NCBI GenBank assembly: GCA_021163265.1
Contig: JAGGXC010000023.1
Span: forward strand, 6,378-70,377
Direction: 5' to 3'
From: a bacterium
Lineage (GTDB): Bacteria > Patescibacteriota > Minisyncoccia > Minisyncoccales > JAGGXC01
DNA: 64,000 bases
This document shows, piece after piece, positions 1 to 8,422 of the stretch. The position numbers and the translations under genes were made by a program. The stretch's first letter is position 1. Every line of letters begins with the position of its first letter. The notes under the pieces were generated by a model. That model had not been told where the DNA came from and did no database searches. It saw only the letters and a program-made list of their open reading frames with translations.

Positions 1-955
1 ATCTCTTCTCCTCAAATGCTCCAAGAGGACCTGCCCAAAGAATAGTTTTTGCCTTTCTCACAATCTCCGAATAAAGCTCTATAGTATCTGGTCCTATATC
101 ATAGACCTTTTCTTCTTTTCTAATAGTTCCGAGAGCTGCTGCTCTTTGATAAAGCCAGTCGTCTTCCAGCGATAAAAGTACATCTTTTGGTAAGTGAAGA
201 GAAGTATCTGTTAAATCAAATTTCTTTATAGAATCAAGAAGCTTACTATCTGGATAAGGTCTACCAATAAGAATATCTTTAGCAATCAGAATAATTTCGG
301 AAAGAAAACCATTCAATAAAACAGAATCAGACATTTCTAAAAGGCGCGGAAGAAATTTTATCTTTGACAACTTCTTCCCTCCGATAATGATTACCAATGG
401 CCTTCTGGGTTTATTTTTTATCTTGGAAAGATTCTCTATTTCCTTACGTAATAAAAATCCTGCAAAAGAAGGAAGAATTCTGGGAATACCTACAATTGAA
501 GCATGTTCGCGATGAGATACAGAAAAGGCATCGTTTACATATATCTCCCCTAATCGTGAAAGCGCTTTTGCAAACTCAAAATCATTTTTTGTTTCTCCTT
601 TATAAAATCGGAGGTTTTCCAAAAGAACTATCTCTCCACCCAAAAGGGAATTAACTTTCCTTTCTATTCTTCTGCCTATACAATCAGGAAGAAACCGAAC
701 TTTCTTTTTAAGTATTCTTGATAGAACGGCAGCTATAGGTCTAAGGCTATATTTCTTATCTTTTCCTGAAGGCCTTCCTAAGTGACTAATTAAGATTACT
801 TTAGCTTGCTTTCTTTTAAAATATCTAATAGATGGCAGAATGCTTTTTATTCTGAAATCATCAAGCACTTTCCCTTCCTTATCTAAAGGAACATTAAGAT
901 CTACTCTTACTAATAATTTCTTATCTTTAATTTTTATTCCCTCTATATTATTCAT
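1..955 (-). CDS. pgk: Phosphoglycerate kinase, N-terminal about 318 aa. The gene continues past the window start (C-terminus missing).
   Basis: I translated the minus strand from the ATG at 955-953: MNNIEGIKIKDKKLLVRVDLNVPLDKEGKVLDDFRIKSILPSIRYFKRKQAKVILISHLGRPSG. This has the classic PGK N-terminal motifs RVDxNVP and SHLGRP. The ATG overlaps the stop codon of the upstream ORF by 1 nt. It is absent from the ORF track because no stop codon lies within the window. Confidence 0.85.
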   Translation of the reverse strand, partial: MNNIEGIKIKDKKLLVRVDLNVPLDKEGKVLDDFRIKSILPSIRYFKRKQAKVILISHLGRPSGKDKKYSLRPIAAVLSRILKKKVRFLPDCIGRRIERKVNSLLGGEIVLLENLRFYKGETKNDFEFAKALSRLGEIYVNDAFSVSHREHASIVGIPRILPSFAGFLLRKEIENLSKIKNKPRRPLVIIIGGKKLSKIKFLPRLLEMSDSVLLNGFLSEIILIAKDILIGRPYPDSKLLDSIKKFDLTDTSLHLPKDVLLSLEDDWLYQRAAALGTIRKEEKVYDIGPDTIELYSEIVRKAKTILWAGPLGAFEEKR

Positions 956-2598
956 TAATTTTCCGAAGTAGTTTTATTTGAATCTTCTTGTGTTTTATCT
1001 TGTGGAGATTGTTGAGAAGAAGAATGTTTAAGTGACTCTTCAAGAATTTTTCTTAATTCTTCCAGGCTCACCTCTTTTCGAGGCCGAGGTATTGTTTTTT
1101 GTACTAATGGACGCGACATCGAAGATTTATCTTGTAAAGATTTTGCTGGCAATCCTTCTGGAGTAATTTCTCCCTTCTCGATCTTTTTAAGACAAGATTT
1201 ACAATAAACTGGACGCTTGGGATCAGGCTGAAAAGGAACTTTTATATTCTTTTTGCAAGCAAAACATTGAGCATCATAAAGCACAGGGAGTGTTACAGAA
1301 GAAGTTGAAGTTGTTGGCGAAATAAGATTCTCTGACCAACGTGCGATTTTCTCCTCAACAATCCTGCGAGGAGTTCCATATCTTTGACGAGAAATCTTAA
1401 TAATTTTGTCTTTACTAGAATGGGCGGGCTTCTCAAAAGGAGGAAGGGTTTCGGCAGAAAATGGTCTTCCTGCTACTCCATCTATCATTAATTTAACGTA
1501 AATATTGTATTTTGCCAGATTTACTAAATCTTGAGCTGAAAACTCAGGAGCAAATTCTTTCTCCAAAAACTCAGCATCCTCGGCACCAACTCTAAAAGAA
1601 ATTAAAGTTCCTATATTACCAAATACTGCATCGCGCACTTTTTCTTCCATTTGAGCAATATACTGATGTCCAATAATAAGACATAATCTATATTTTCTTG
1701 CTTCAGACAAGATGCTTACAAAACTCTCAGTAGCAAAATTCTGAAATTCATCAACATAAAGATAGAAATCTTTTCTTTCTTCCTCAGGAATTGTAACACG
1801 CTGCATAGCTGCTAACTGTAACTTAGTAATAAGAAGTGCTCCAAGAAGACGAGAAGCATCCTCTCCTATCATTCCTTTAGAAAGATTTAAAATTAAGATC
1901 TTTTCCGTATTCATCACTTCACTCATATCTATTGTTGACTTCACTTGACCAATAATATTTCTGATTAAAGGAGCTGAAATAAACTGACCTACTTTATTTT
2001 GAATTGCAGCTGTAGCTTCGATCTCATATCTTTGAGTATAACGAGCAAATTCTTGCACCCAAAAAGCCTTTACTACGGGATCAGTAATCCTAGAAACTAT
2101 TTTCTCTCTATAAGCAGGATCAGCTAACATCCGGTTAATCCCCAGAAGAGTAGAACCAGGATATTCCAACAAAGCTAAAATACAATTGTTTAAAATATAT
2201 TCCATTCGAGCTGACCAGACATCGGGCCATATTTTTTTAAAAACTCCCATCAATCCTCCTGCCACAAGATGGCGATGCGCCAAATCTACTTTTTCCATTA
2301 CATTAAAAGCAATTGGATATTCCAAATCAGCAGGATTGAAATAAATCACATCGTTGATCCTTTCTGGAGGAACAAAATCAAGAAGCCTTTCTGCAGCCTC
2401 TCCATGGGGGTCTACAAAAGCTACCCCTTTTCCGCTTTGAATATCCTGAATAGCCATATTCTCCATCAATGCAGTTTTCCCCATCCCAGTCTTTCCAATA
2501 ATATACATATGTCTCCTTCTATCATCGGTTTTAATTCCGAACTTCTTTTTAATATTACGAAATGTAGTTCTGGCAAAAAAGTTAACTTCTTCTGACAT
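955..2598 (-). CDS. Soluble P-loop ATPase resembling type IV coupling proteins (VirD4/TraD/TrwB-like), with a C-terminal zinc ribbon and a low-complexity tail.
   Basis: Walker A motif IIGKTGMGKT near the N-terminus. Walker-B-like YLYVDEFQNF. The segment SEARKYRLCLIIGHQYIAQM...GNIGTLISFRVG resembles the TraG-D_C / TraM-recognition region of coupling proteins. CFACKK-N17-CKSC is a CxxC...CxxC zinc ribbon, followed by an S/Q/K-rich tail. There are no N-terminal transmembrane helices. Confidence 0.55.
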   Translation of the reverse strand: MSEEVNFFARTTFRNIKKKFGIKTDDRRRHMYIIGKTGMGKTALMENMAIQDIQSGKGVAFVDPHGEAAERLLDFVPPERINDVIYFNPADLEYPIAFNVMEKVDLAHRHLVAGGLMGVFKKIWPDVWSARMEYILNNCILALLEYPGSTLLGINRMLADPAYREKIVSRITDPVVKAFWVQEFARYTQRYEIEATAAIQNKVGQFISAPLIRNIIGQVKSTIDMSEVMNTEKILILNLSKGMIGEDASRLLGALLITKLQLAAMQRVTIPEEERKDFYLYVDEFQNFATESFVSILSEARKYRLCLIIGHQYIAQMEEKVRDAVFGNIGTLISFRVGAEDAEFLEKEFAPEFSAQDLVNLAKYNIYVKLMIDGVAGRPFSAETLPPFEKPAHSSKDKIIKISRQRYGTPRRIVEEKIARWSENLISPTTSTSSVTLPVLYDAQCFACKKNIKVPFQPDPKRPVYCKSCLKKIEKGEITPEGLPAKSLQDKSSMSRPLVQKTIPRPRKEVSLEELRKILEESLKHSSSQQSPQDKTQEDSNKTTSEN

Positions 2599-2620
2599 GT
2601 TTCTTTTATTATAATATACA

Positions 2621-3892
2621 CTATTCTACAGGTAACCCCGGAGGAGCTTCTTTTTTCTTTGCTTCTACTCTAGGAACAGTAGGAGCTGGAGCAACAGTTC
2701 TTCCAGGAAAATGATAAAGAGTTGCAAGCTCTTCGGTGTTTAATACAAATGTCCCTCCTGGTTTAGGAAAGAGAGGAGAAAATCTCCTTTTGTACCTCAA
2801 AAATATTGCTCGCTTTTTTGCATAAGTTCTGCTTTCTTTCATAAACCACTGAACTTTTGGAAGCGTTTTCGTCCACGGCTTCAATCCATTAAGATTTTCA
2901 GTAGATACATTCTTGAAAAATCCATAAAACATACGTGATTTCGGTTTAAAAAATACATCCTTTTTGGCTATGTATAAACACCTGATATTTGTTACATATC
3001 CAAACTTACCAATCTTTTCTTCGATTGCTTTTACCGCTTCTCTCTCTCCAGGCGTAAGCTTCATTTCCGGAGGAATAAGCTCTTGCTTTTTCTCTTCTGG
3101 TTTTTTGCCTGGAACTTTTCCGCTAATCAACACTTCTGCTGCTTCTCTAAAAATAGAAGGTACTGGCTCTACTTTCTTCTCACGGTGAACTAATTTATCT
3201 ACTAGCTCTTTTCCCTCCTTTTGCCACGGCACCTCTTCCCTTATTGGTTTTATTATAATCTGAAGCCACATATACTCATTTTCTCCGATACTTGCCATGC
3301 TTTCCAAGAGATTAGAAAGAGGGTCAAGTCTCTTTTCTTCTTTAGTCTCTTTTTCATCCTCAAAATATCTATATGTTTTTATAGGATAAGGATCAGGTTT
3401 GGTGGTAACAAAATCAAAACCAAAAACATCCCATTCATCATTAGGGATGTTGTAAGGAACAAGATTGGTGTAATCCTCAACCTTGACAATCTCAGCATCA
3501 GGATATTGAGAATAAATATTTGATTCTATTACACTTCGAAATGATTCAGGAGCTCTGATAAAAAAGCGAACTTCTCCCTCAAGACTTGCTATCTCTAAAG
3601 CAATAGAATATTGAAACTCTCCTTGTAACCACACTTCTTTCCAAGAAAAGACATCATGCACTCCATGAAACCCTGCTATCACTTGCTCCATTGCCTTGAT
3701 AGGCTTTGTTACTTCTCTGGGGATCCTCACCTCCAAAACTATCTTTTTTACCCCTGAATCATACTGCTCACTTTTGTAAAATTTCCAGAAAAAAAGAAAG
3801 TGGCGGTAAAGCAAAAATGGCAAAGGCAACCACCACCAGTTTTTAACAACTAACCAGAAATTGTTTAAGAAAAAATAAAAGTCCATCTTCAC
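2621..3892 (-). CDS. Hypothetical membrane-anchored protein, co-operonic with the ATPase.
   Basis: The N-terminus is strongly hydrophobic and Trp-rich (FLNNFWLVVKNWWWLPLPFLLY) and likely forms transmembrane helices. The rest is a charged soluble region. It lies 22 nt upstream of the ATPase gene on the same strand. I recognise no family for it. Confidence 0.45.
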   Translation of the reverse strand: MKMDFYFFLNNFWLVVKNWWWLPLPFLLYRHFLFFWKFYKSEQYDSGVKKIVLEVRIPREVTKPIKAMEQVIAGFHGVHDVFSWKEVWLQGEFQYSIALEIASLEGEVRFFIRAPESFRSVIESNIYSQYPDAEIVKVEDYTNLVPYNIPNDEWDVFGFDFVTTKPDPYPIKTYRYFEDEKETKEEKRLDPLSNLLESMASIGENEYMWLQIIIKPIREEVPWQKEGKELVDKLVHREKKVEPVPSIFREAAEVLISGKVPGKKPEEKKQELIPPEMKLTPGEREAVKAIEEKIGKFGYVTNIRCLYIAKKDVFFKPKSRMFYGFFKNVSTENLNGLKPWTKTLPKVQWFMKESRTYAKKRAIFLRYKRRFSPLFPKPGGTFVLNTEELATLYHFPGRTVAPAPTVPRVEAKKKEAPPGLPVE

Positions 3893-3897
3893 TTCTT

Positions 3898-4926
3898 TTA
3901 TGCCTCTCTGAGAATATATCTTCCTTGAGAGTCTTTAAGAAAATACTCCTTATTCTGTAAATTTAATAAAATAGTATTTTCTTTTACTAAACGTTGGGAA
4001 AGAACTTTTTCTACTATCTCATTCTTTGAAAGAGGACGTTTCTCTTGCTTGAGAATTTCTACAATAATATCTTTGACTTGGCCCGGAATATATCCCCATT
4101 CCCGAAGAGCATAAATCCCTCGACCAACTAAAACAAAACGAGAATCTCTTATAAGTTCATTATGTACCGTTTGAGGAAGAGCAGGTTTTCGAGAATTAAG
4201 ATTAAGCTCATTAATTTTTTCTGCTACCACTGTAAAATGAAGAGGACGACCAGTCTTTTTCAAAACTATATAAGCTTTATCTTTTATGCCTTTGGGATAT
4301 ATTTCAGGCCATTTTTTTAATCCAAACAATCCCTCATAATTTTGTTCTATTTCTTTAGATATCTCTAAATAAGAAAGAAGGGCAGCGGAAGATATTGTTT
4401 TTAGATTTCCGAAGTCTTTCTTAAAAATTTGCGAGATCTCTTTTGAAGAAAGAGGTCTTCTTTCTTCTTCAAGCTTCGTTATAAAGCTACCTATAATCTC
4501 TTTTGCCAGATCTACTGATTTTGCATCAATAGTCCATAAGGGATACAAATCATCGGTTTCAGGAAACCTTAAAAAAGGCTCACCTAAAGCAAGCCAGAAA
4601 AGAGCTTGATTTTGAAGTTGCGGAGAAGGAAATTGCGATAACAATAAATCTTCTCTTTTCAAATTACCATGCTTTCTAAAATGCTGAACAAAATAACGAA
4701 ATATTTTCTTATAAGCAGGTTTCTGAATTTCTTTTTTTATGAAACTAAGTCCTGCTTTCTCAATCTGACGAATTCTTTCCCGACACACTCCATAACTTTT
4801 TCCGATAGACTCTAAAGTTTCTCTTGTCTTTTCTTCTAACCCAAATCTTCTCTCTATTACATTTCTTATTCTCTCCGGCAAGTTATTAAGAAGATTGCGA
4901 TGAAGATGCTGAAAAGGAATATCCAT
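3898..4926 (-). CDS. Helix-turn-helix protein with an N-terminal sigma-70 region-4-like domain.
   Basis: LESIGKSYGVCRERIRQIEKAGL matches the sigma-70 region 4.2 HTH signature (xTRERIRQIE). The C-terminal part (FVLVGRGIYALREWGY) looks like a winged-helix domain. The gap to the downstream ORF is 5 nt. Confidence 0.45.
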   Translation of the reverse strand: MDIPFQHLHRNLLNNLPERIRNVIERRFGLEEKTRETLESIGKSYGVCRERIRQIEKAGLSFIKKEIQKPAYKKIFRYFVQHFRKHGNLKREDLLLSQFPSPQLQNQALFWLALGEPFLRFPETDDLYPLWTIDAKSVDLAKEIIGSFITKLEEERRPLSSKEISQIFKKDFGNLKTISSAALLSYLEISKEIEQNYEGLFGLKKWPEIYPKGIKDKAYIVLKKTGRPLHFTVVAEKINELNLNSRKPALPQTVHNELIRDSRFVLVGRGIYALREWGYIPGQVKDIIVEILKQEKRPLSKNEIVEKVLSQRLVKENTILLNLQNKEYFLKDSQGRYILREA

Positions 4927-4988
4927 TTTAAGATTTTACGTTAACTTTTGAAGATATTTCTTTATATAAACACATTTACTAAAAGAAG

Positions 4989-5882
4989 TCAAGATTTCTT
5001 TACCCAACTCAGCAAGAGCAAAGAGGCAAGACATATAGAGGAATAAGTACCCAATGTAATACCTAAAATCAAAGCAAGACTAAAATACTTTAAAGCAGAA
5101 CTTCCTAAGAAGAAAAGTGCAAAAAGAACAAATAAAGTAGTAAGTGAAGTACTTAATGAACGTGAGAGTGTTTCATTAAGGCTTTTGTTAATTACATCTT
5201 GAAAAGGAAGGTTAGTTCTAATAAGATTTTCTCTTATTCTATCAAAAATTACCACTGTATCATTCACGGAATAACCAAAAACGGTTAACAACGCAGTAAC
5301 AATAGGAACGGTAATCTCTACTCCATAAAATTTACCAAGGAGAGCAAAGACTCCAATAGGAATTAATACATCATGAAACAAAGCAATAAGAGTAGCCACG
5401 CCATATTGCCAAGAACTTACAGGATAAGAAACTTTGCGAAAAGCAAAAGTCACATAAAACATAATCGAAAGCAAAGCTAAAATAAGAACTATTACAGTCT
5501 TTTTTCTTACCTCCTCTCCTACTATAGGTCCAACAAGTTCAAACCTTGCTTCTTCTAAATCTCCTTTCTGTTTCAGGATATCCAAAATCTTCTGATGCAT
5601 TTCTTCTGATATCGCCTGGGTTCTCAAGATGATTCCCTTATCACCTTTTGGCTGAACAGAAAATTCTTGAAGATCTAACCTGGAAAGATCTGATCTAATC
5701 TCTTGAACATTCGGGTTAATATCTTTATAGTCTACCTCAATAATGCTACCTCCAACAAAATCAATTCCCCATCTCAGGCCAAATAAGATCAAGGCAATTA
5801 TGCTAGCCAGAACCAATATTCCCGAAAGGCTAAAAAATAATTTTTTGTGTTTTACAAAGTTTATTTCCATAGTATTTCCCAT
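4989..5882 (-). CDS. secF: Protein translocase subunit SecF.
   Basis: Multi-pass membrane protein with the typical SecF layout, including FVGGSIIEVDY, an Ala/Leu-rich C-terminal transmembrane bundle and FDRIRENL. It sits immediately downstream of secD. The true start may be the internal Met (MEINF..). Confidence 0.9.
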   Translation of the reverse strand: MGNTMEINFVKHKKLFFSLSGILVLASIIALILFGLRWGIDFVGGSIIEVDYKDINPNVQEIRSDLSRLDLQEFSVQPKGDKGIILRTQAISEEMHQKILDILKQKGDLEEARFELVGPIVGEEVRKKTVIVLILALLSIMFYVTFAFRKVSYPVSSWQYGVATLIALFHDVLIPIGVFALLGKFYGVEITVPIVTALLTVFGYSVNDTVVIFDRIRENLIRTNLPFQDVINKSLNETLSRSLSTSLTTLFVLFALFFLGSSALKYFSLALILGITLGTYSSICLASLLLLSWVKKS

Positions 5883-7156
5883 TTCTCAAAACGAGTATTA
5901 ACAAAACATCTTAAGAAATTCTTCGTAATAAAAATAGCAGAGAATAAACTTATCAAAATACCCAATCCGAGAGTAAGAGCAAAACCCTTTACAAAGCTGC
6001 TACCAAGCCCAAATAAAATTAAAGCTACAATCAGAGTGGTAACATTACTGTCTCTGATCGAGGGCCAGGCACGGGAGAATCCATCTTCAATTACTCTCTC
6101 AAACGGTTTCTCACTTTTCCTTTCTTCTCTCATCCGGGAAAAAATTAAAACATTTGCATCAATTGCCATACCTATGGATAAAATAAAACCAGCAACACCT
6201 GCTAGTGTAAGAGTGACAGGAATAAATTTAAAAATTGCCAAAGCAAAGATTACATAAATGATCAAAGAAAGAGAAGCCAACACTCCAGGAAGTCTATAGA
6301 AAATAATCATAAAGATTATTATTGCCAAGAAACCTATAATTCCTGCCTTCAAGCTTTCCTGTAAAGAAATAGCGCCTAGTGTAGGACCAACAGTTTCTCG
6401 CGAAATCAACTTTATAGGCACAGGAAGAGCTCCGGCACTTAAATTACGAGCAAGTTTCTGAGCTTCCTGAAGTTTGAAATGACCACTAATTTGAGCTTTG
6501 CCTCCAGAAATCTTTTCTCTTACCACAGGAGCAGAAATTAATACATTATCAATATATATTGCTAAGGGTTTATTTATATTTCTTGAGGTAAGATCTTCAA
6601 AAATTTTTGATCCTTCCTTATCAAATTGCAAAGAAACCACTGGTTCATGAGTAGTAGGATTGATCTTGACCTCTGCTCTTTTTAAATAACGACCATTAAG
6701 TTCTGTTGGTTGAAAAAGCTCATCAATCTTCATCTCTCCGGACTCGATTTTATCCTGATTCTGCTCGATAAGTTCGTCATAATTTGGTTTAGGTTCTCTA
6801 AACTCAAGATATGGTGTCTGACCAATCATTTTTATAGCTTCATCAATATTCTTTACCCCGGGCAATTCTACTATCAAACGCCAATTGTTAGCAATTTTTT
6901 CCGTTTGAACTATCGGTTCTCCAACACCAAAAAGATTGACCCTTCTCTCTATTACATCTCTCAATCCTTCCATAGTTGAGCTCCAATCATTTTGATCGAT
7001 TTTGGATAAATCCGCTTGATAAACAAGGTGGCTTCCTCCTTGAAGATCAAGACCTAACTTAAAAGAACGAGGAAAGAGAATCGATAAATCAAACAGCGCA
7101 CAGATAACAACTATCCCTAAAATTCCAACCAAAATTAAATAACTCTTTATCTTCAT
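5861..7156 (-). CDS. secD: Protein translocase subunit SecD.
   Basis: GLDLQGGSHLVYQADL is the SecD signature GLDLxGG. The periplasmic domain and the C-terminal six-helix domain (SIGMAIDANVLIFSRMREE) are also present. The gene overlaps the secF start. Confidence 0.9.
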   Translation of the reverse strand: MKIKSYLILVGILGIVVICALFDLSILFPRSFKLGLDLQGGSHLVYQADLSKIDQNDWSSTMEGLRDVIERRVNLFGVGEPIVQTEKIANNWRLIVELPGVKNIDEAIKMIGQTPYLEFREPKPNYDELIEQNQDKIESGEMKIDELFQPTELNGRYLKRAEVKINPTTHEPVVSLQFDKEGSKIFEDLTSRNINKPLAIYIDNVLISAPVVREKISGGKAQISGHFKLQEAQKLARNLSAGALPVPIKLISRETVGPTLGAISLQESLKAGIIGFLAIIIFMIIFYRLPGVLASLSLIIYVIFALAIFKFIPVTLTLAGVAGFILSIGMAIDANVLIFSRMREERKSEKPFERVIEDGFSRAWPSIRDSNVTTLIVALILFGLGSSFVKGFALTLGLGILISLFSAIFITKNFLRCFVNTRFEKWEILWK

Positions 7157-7160
7157 AATA

Positions 7161-7811
7161 TTAAATAGAAGTTAAAAGCACCGACACAATACCTACTAAA
7201 AATATCCCGTCAAACACCCCTGCTCCCCCGATAGAAACCATCCCAAAAGACGCTTTTCTTATTTTTGGCAAATTCATTAAATCAGCTCCAATAAGTGTTC
7301 CCAAAACTCCGGAAATAAAAGCAAGAGGAGAAGCAAAAGAGGGCATTAACAGATAAGCAAAAAGGGCAGAGAAAATAGGAGGAACAAAAGCAGGAAGAAT
7401 TATTCCTTGACCAGGAACAATCCGAGAAAGAAAATAACAGACTATTGTCATTAAACCTATACCTATTAATGCTGGCTTTAAAGGCACATTTAACAAAAGA
7501 TACAAAGAAATAATAATTGGAATAACTGCTCCCCCTAAATTTATAAATACGCCTTCGTATTCTATTTCGTTTCTCGAGAGTAAACCAAAAAAATAACTCC
7601 TTCTTACCAAAACTGCCTTTCTTTTTGTTAAAGGAATATTTACTACAGATCCTATCAAAATTAAAAAAAGAGTCAAGAAAGCAACCTCTGGAGAAAAACC
7701 AAGTTTTTCAAAACTAAAACTTGCTAGATGAAAAAATGTCAAAAAAAACAAAAGTGGAAAGAGTAAAAACAAAAGCAGCAAAAAAAGACATCCTAAAGGA
7801 ATAAAAACCAT
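7161..7811 (-). CDS. Integral membrane protein, possibly of the DUF1614 family.
   Basis: Roughly six hydrophobic segments, plus INLGGAVIPIIISLYLL and SIGGAGVFDGIFLVGIV motifs. The family assignment is from memory only. Confidence 0.45.
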   Translation of the reverse strand: MVFIPLGCLFLLLLFLLFPLLFFLTFFHLASFSFEKLGFSPEVAFLTLFLILIGSVVNIPLTKRKAVLVRRSYFFGLLSRNEIEYEGVFINLGGAVIPIIISLYLLLNVPLKPALIGIGLMTIVCYFLSRIVPGQGIILPAFVPPIFSALFAYLLMPSFASPLAFISGVLGTLIGADLMNLPKIRKASFGMVSIGGAGVFDGIFLVGIVSVLLTSI

Positions 7812-7819
7812 AATGATTT

Positions 7820-8422
7820 CTAAAAAAGGAGATTAGAAGTAATAAACACCTCAATCAAAGCTGAAAAAAATAAAATAATTAATAGTCTGATAAATAAAGT
7901 AAGCCCTAAATTAAGTTCTTTTACAATACTAACTTCCTTATTAAATATCTTTCTTATTACTGTCCATCCAATTTTTAATCCTATCGCAGAAAAAATCAAA
8001 AAACAAGGAATCTCAAGAATTCCATGAGGAATAATACCTGTAAGGAAATAAGAAAAAGAGGCTTGCTTCAAAGAGAAATTAGCCAAAATACCTAAAATCT
8101 CACCGTTATTCAATAAAGCAATTAACGGAAAAATCCCAAATAGCAAACCTGACAAGATCACAAACAAAGAACTAAGGCCATTTTTTAAAAAAATAGAAAG
8201 CGTCTGAAGAATCTTGTTTTGATGTAAAAGAGGCTCATACGTCTGGCGAATTATCAAAATAAGTTCTTTTGCTTGATCAGGATAAAACTCAGCAAAATAG
8301 TATCCCAGAAAAATACCAACAATAAAAATAACTATTGCCCCCAGAATATAAGGAATAAGAGTTCTTAAATAAAGATACAAAAAATATCTTTTTAGGAAAA
8401 TGATGATTCTTCTTCTATCCAT
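7820..8422 (-). CDS. SpoIIM/DUF95-family membrane protein.
   Basis: NGLSSLFVILSGLLFGIFPLIALLNNGEILG and GIIPHGILEIPCFLIFSAIGL match the SpoIIM-like pattern. I chose the internal start MDRRRIII at 8422, which leaves only an 8-nt overlap with the secA stop. The ORF track extends the reading frame to 8479. Confidence 0.5.
   Translation of the reverse strand: MDRRRIIIFLKRYFLYLYLRTLIPYILGAIVIFIVGIFLGYYFAEFYPDQAKELILIIRQTYEPLLHQNKILQTLSIFLKNGLSSLFVILSGLLFGIFPLIALLNNGEILGILANFSLKQASFSYFLTGIIPHGILEIPCFLIFSAIGLKIGWTVIRKIFNKEVSIVKELNLGLTLFIRLLIILFFSALIEVFITSNLLF

Noticed and set aside
397-654. Plus-strand 85-aa ORF.
   Set aside because: It lies entirely inside the minus-strand pgk coding region. It has a low-complexity, Phe/Leu-rich translation typical of antisense frames in AT-rich DNA.
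2269-3523. Plus-strand ORFs 2269-2595, 2964-3188 and 3221-3523.
   Set aside because: They are antisense to well-supported minus-strand genes and have no ribosome-binding sites. Their hydrophobic, low-complexity translations look spurious.
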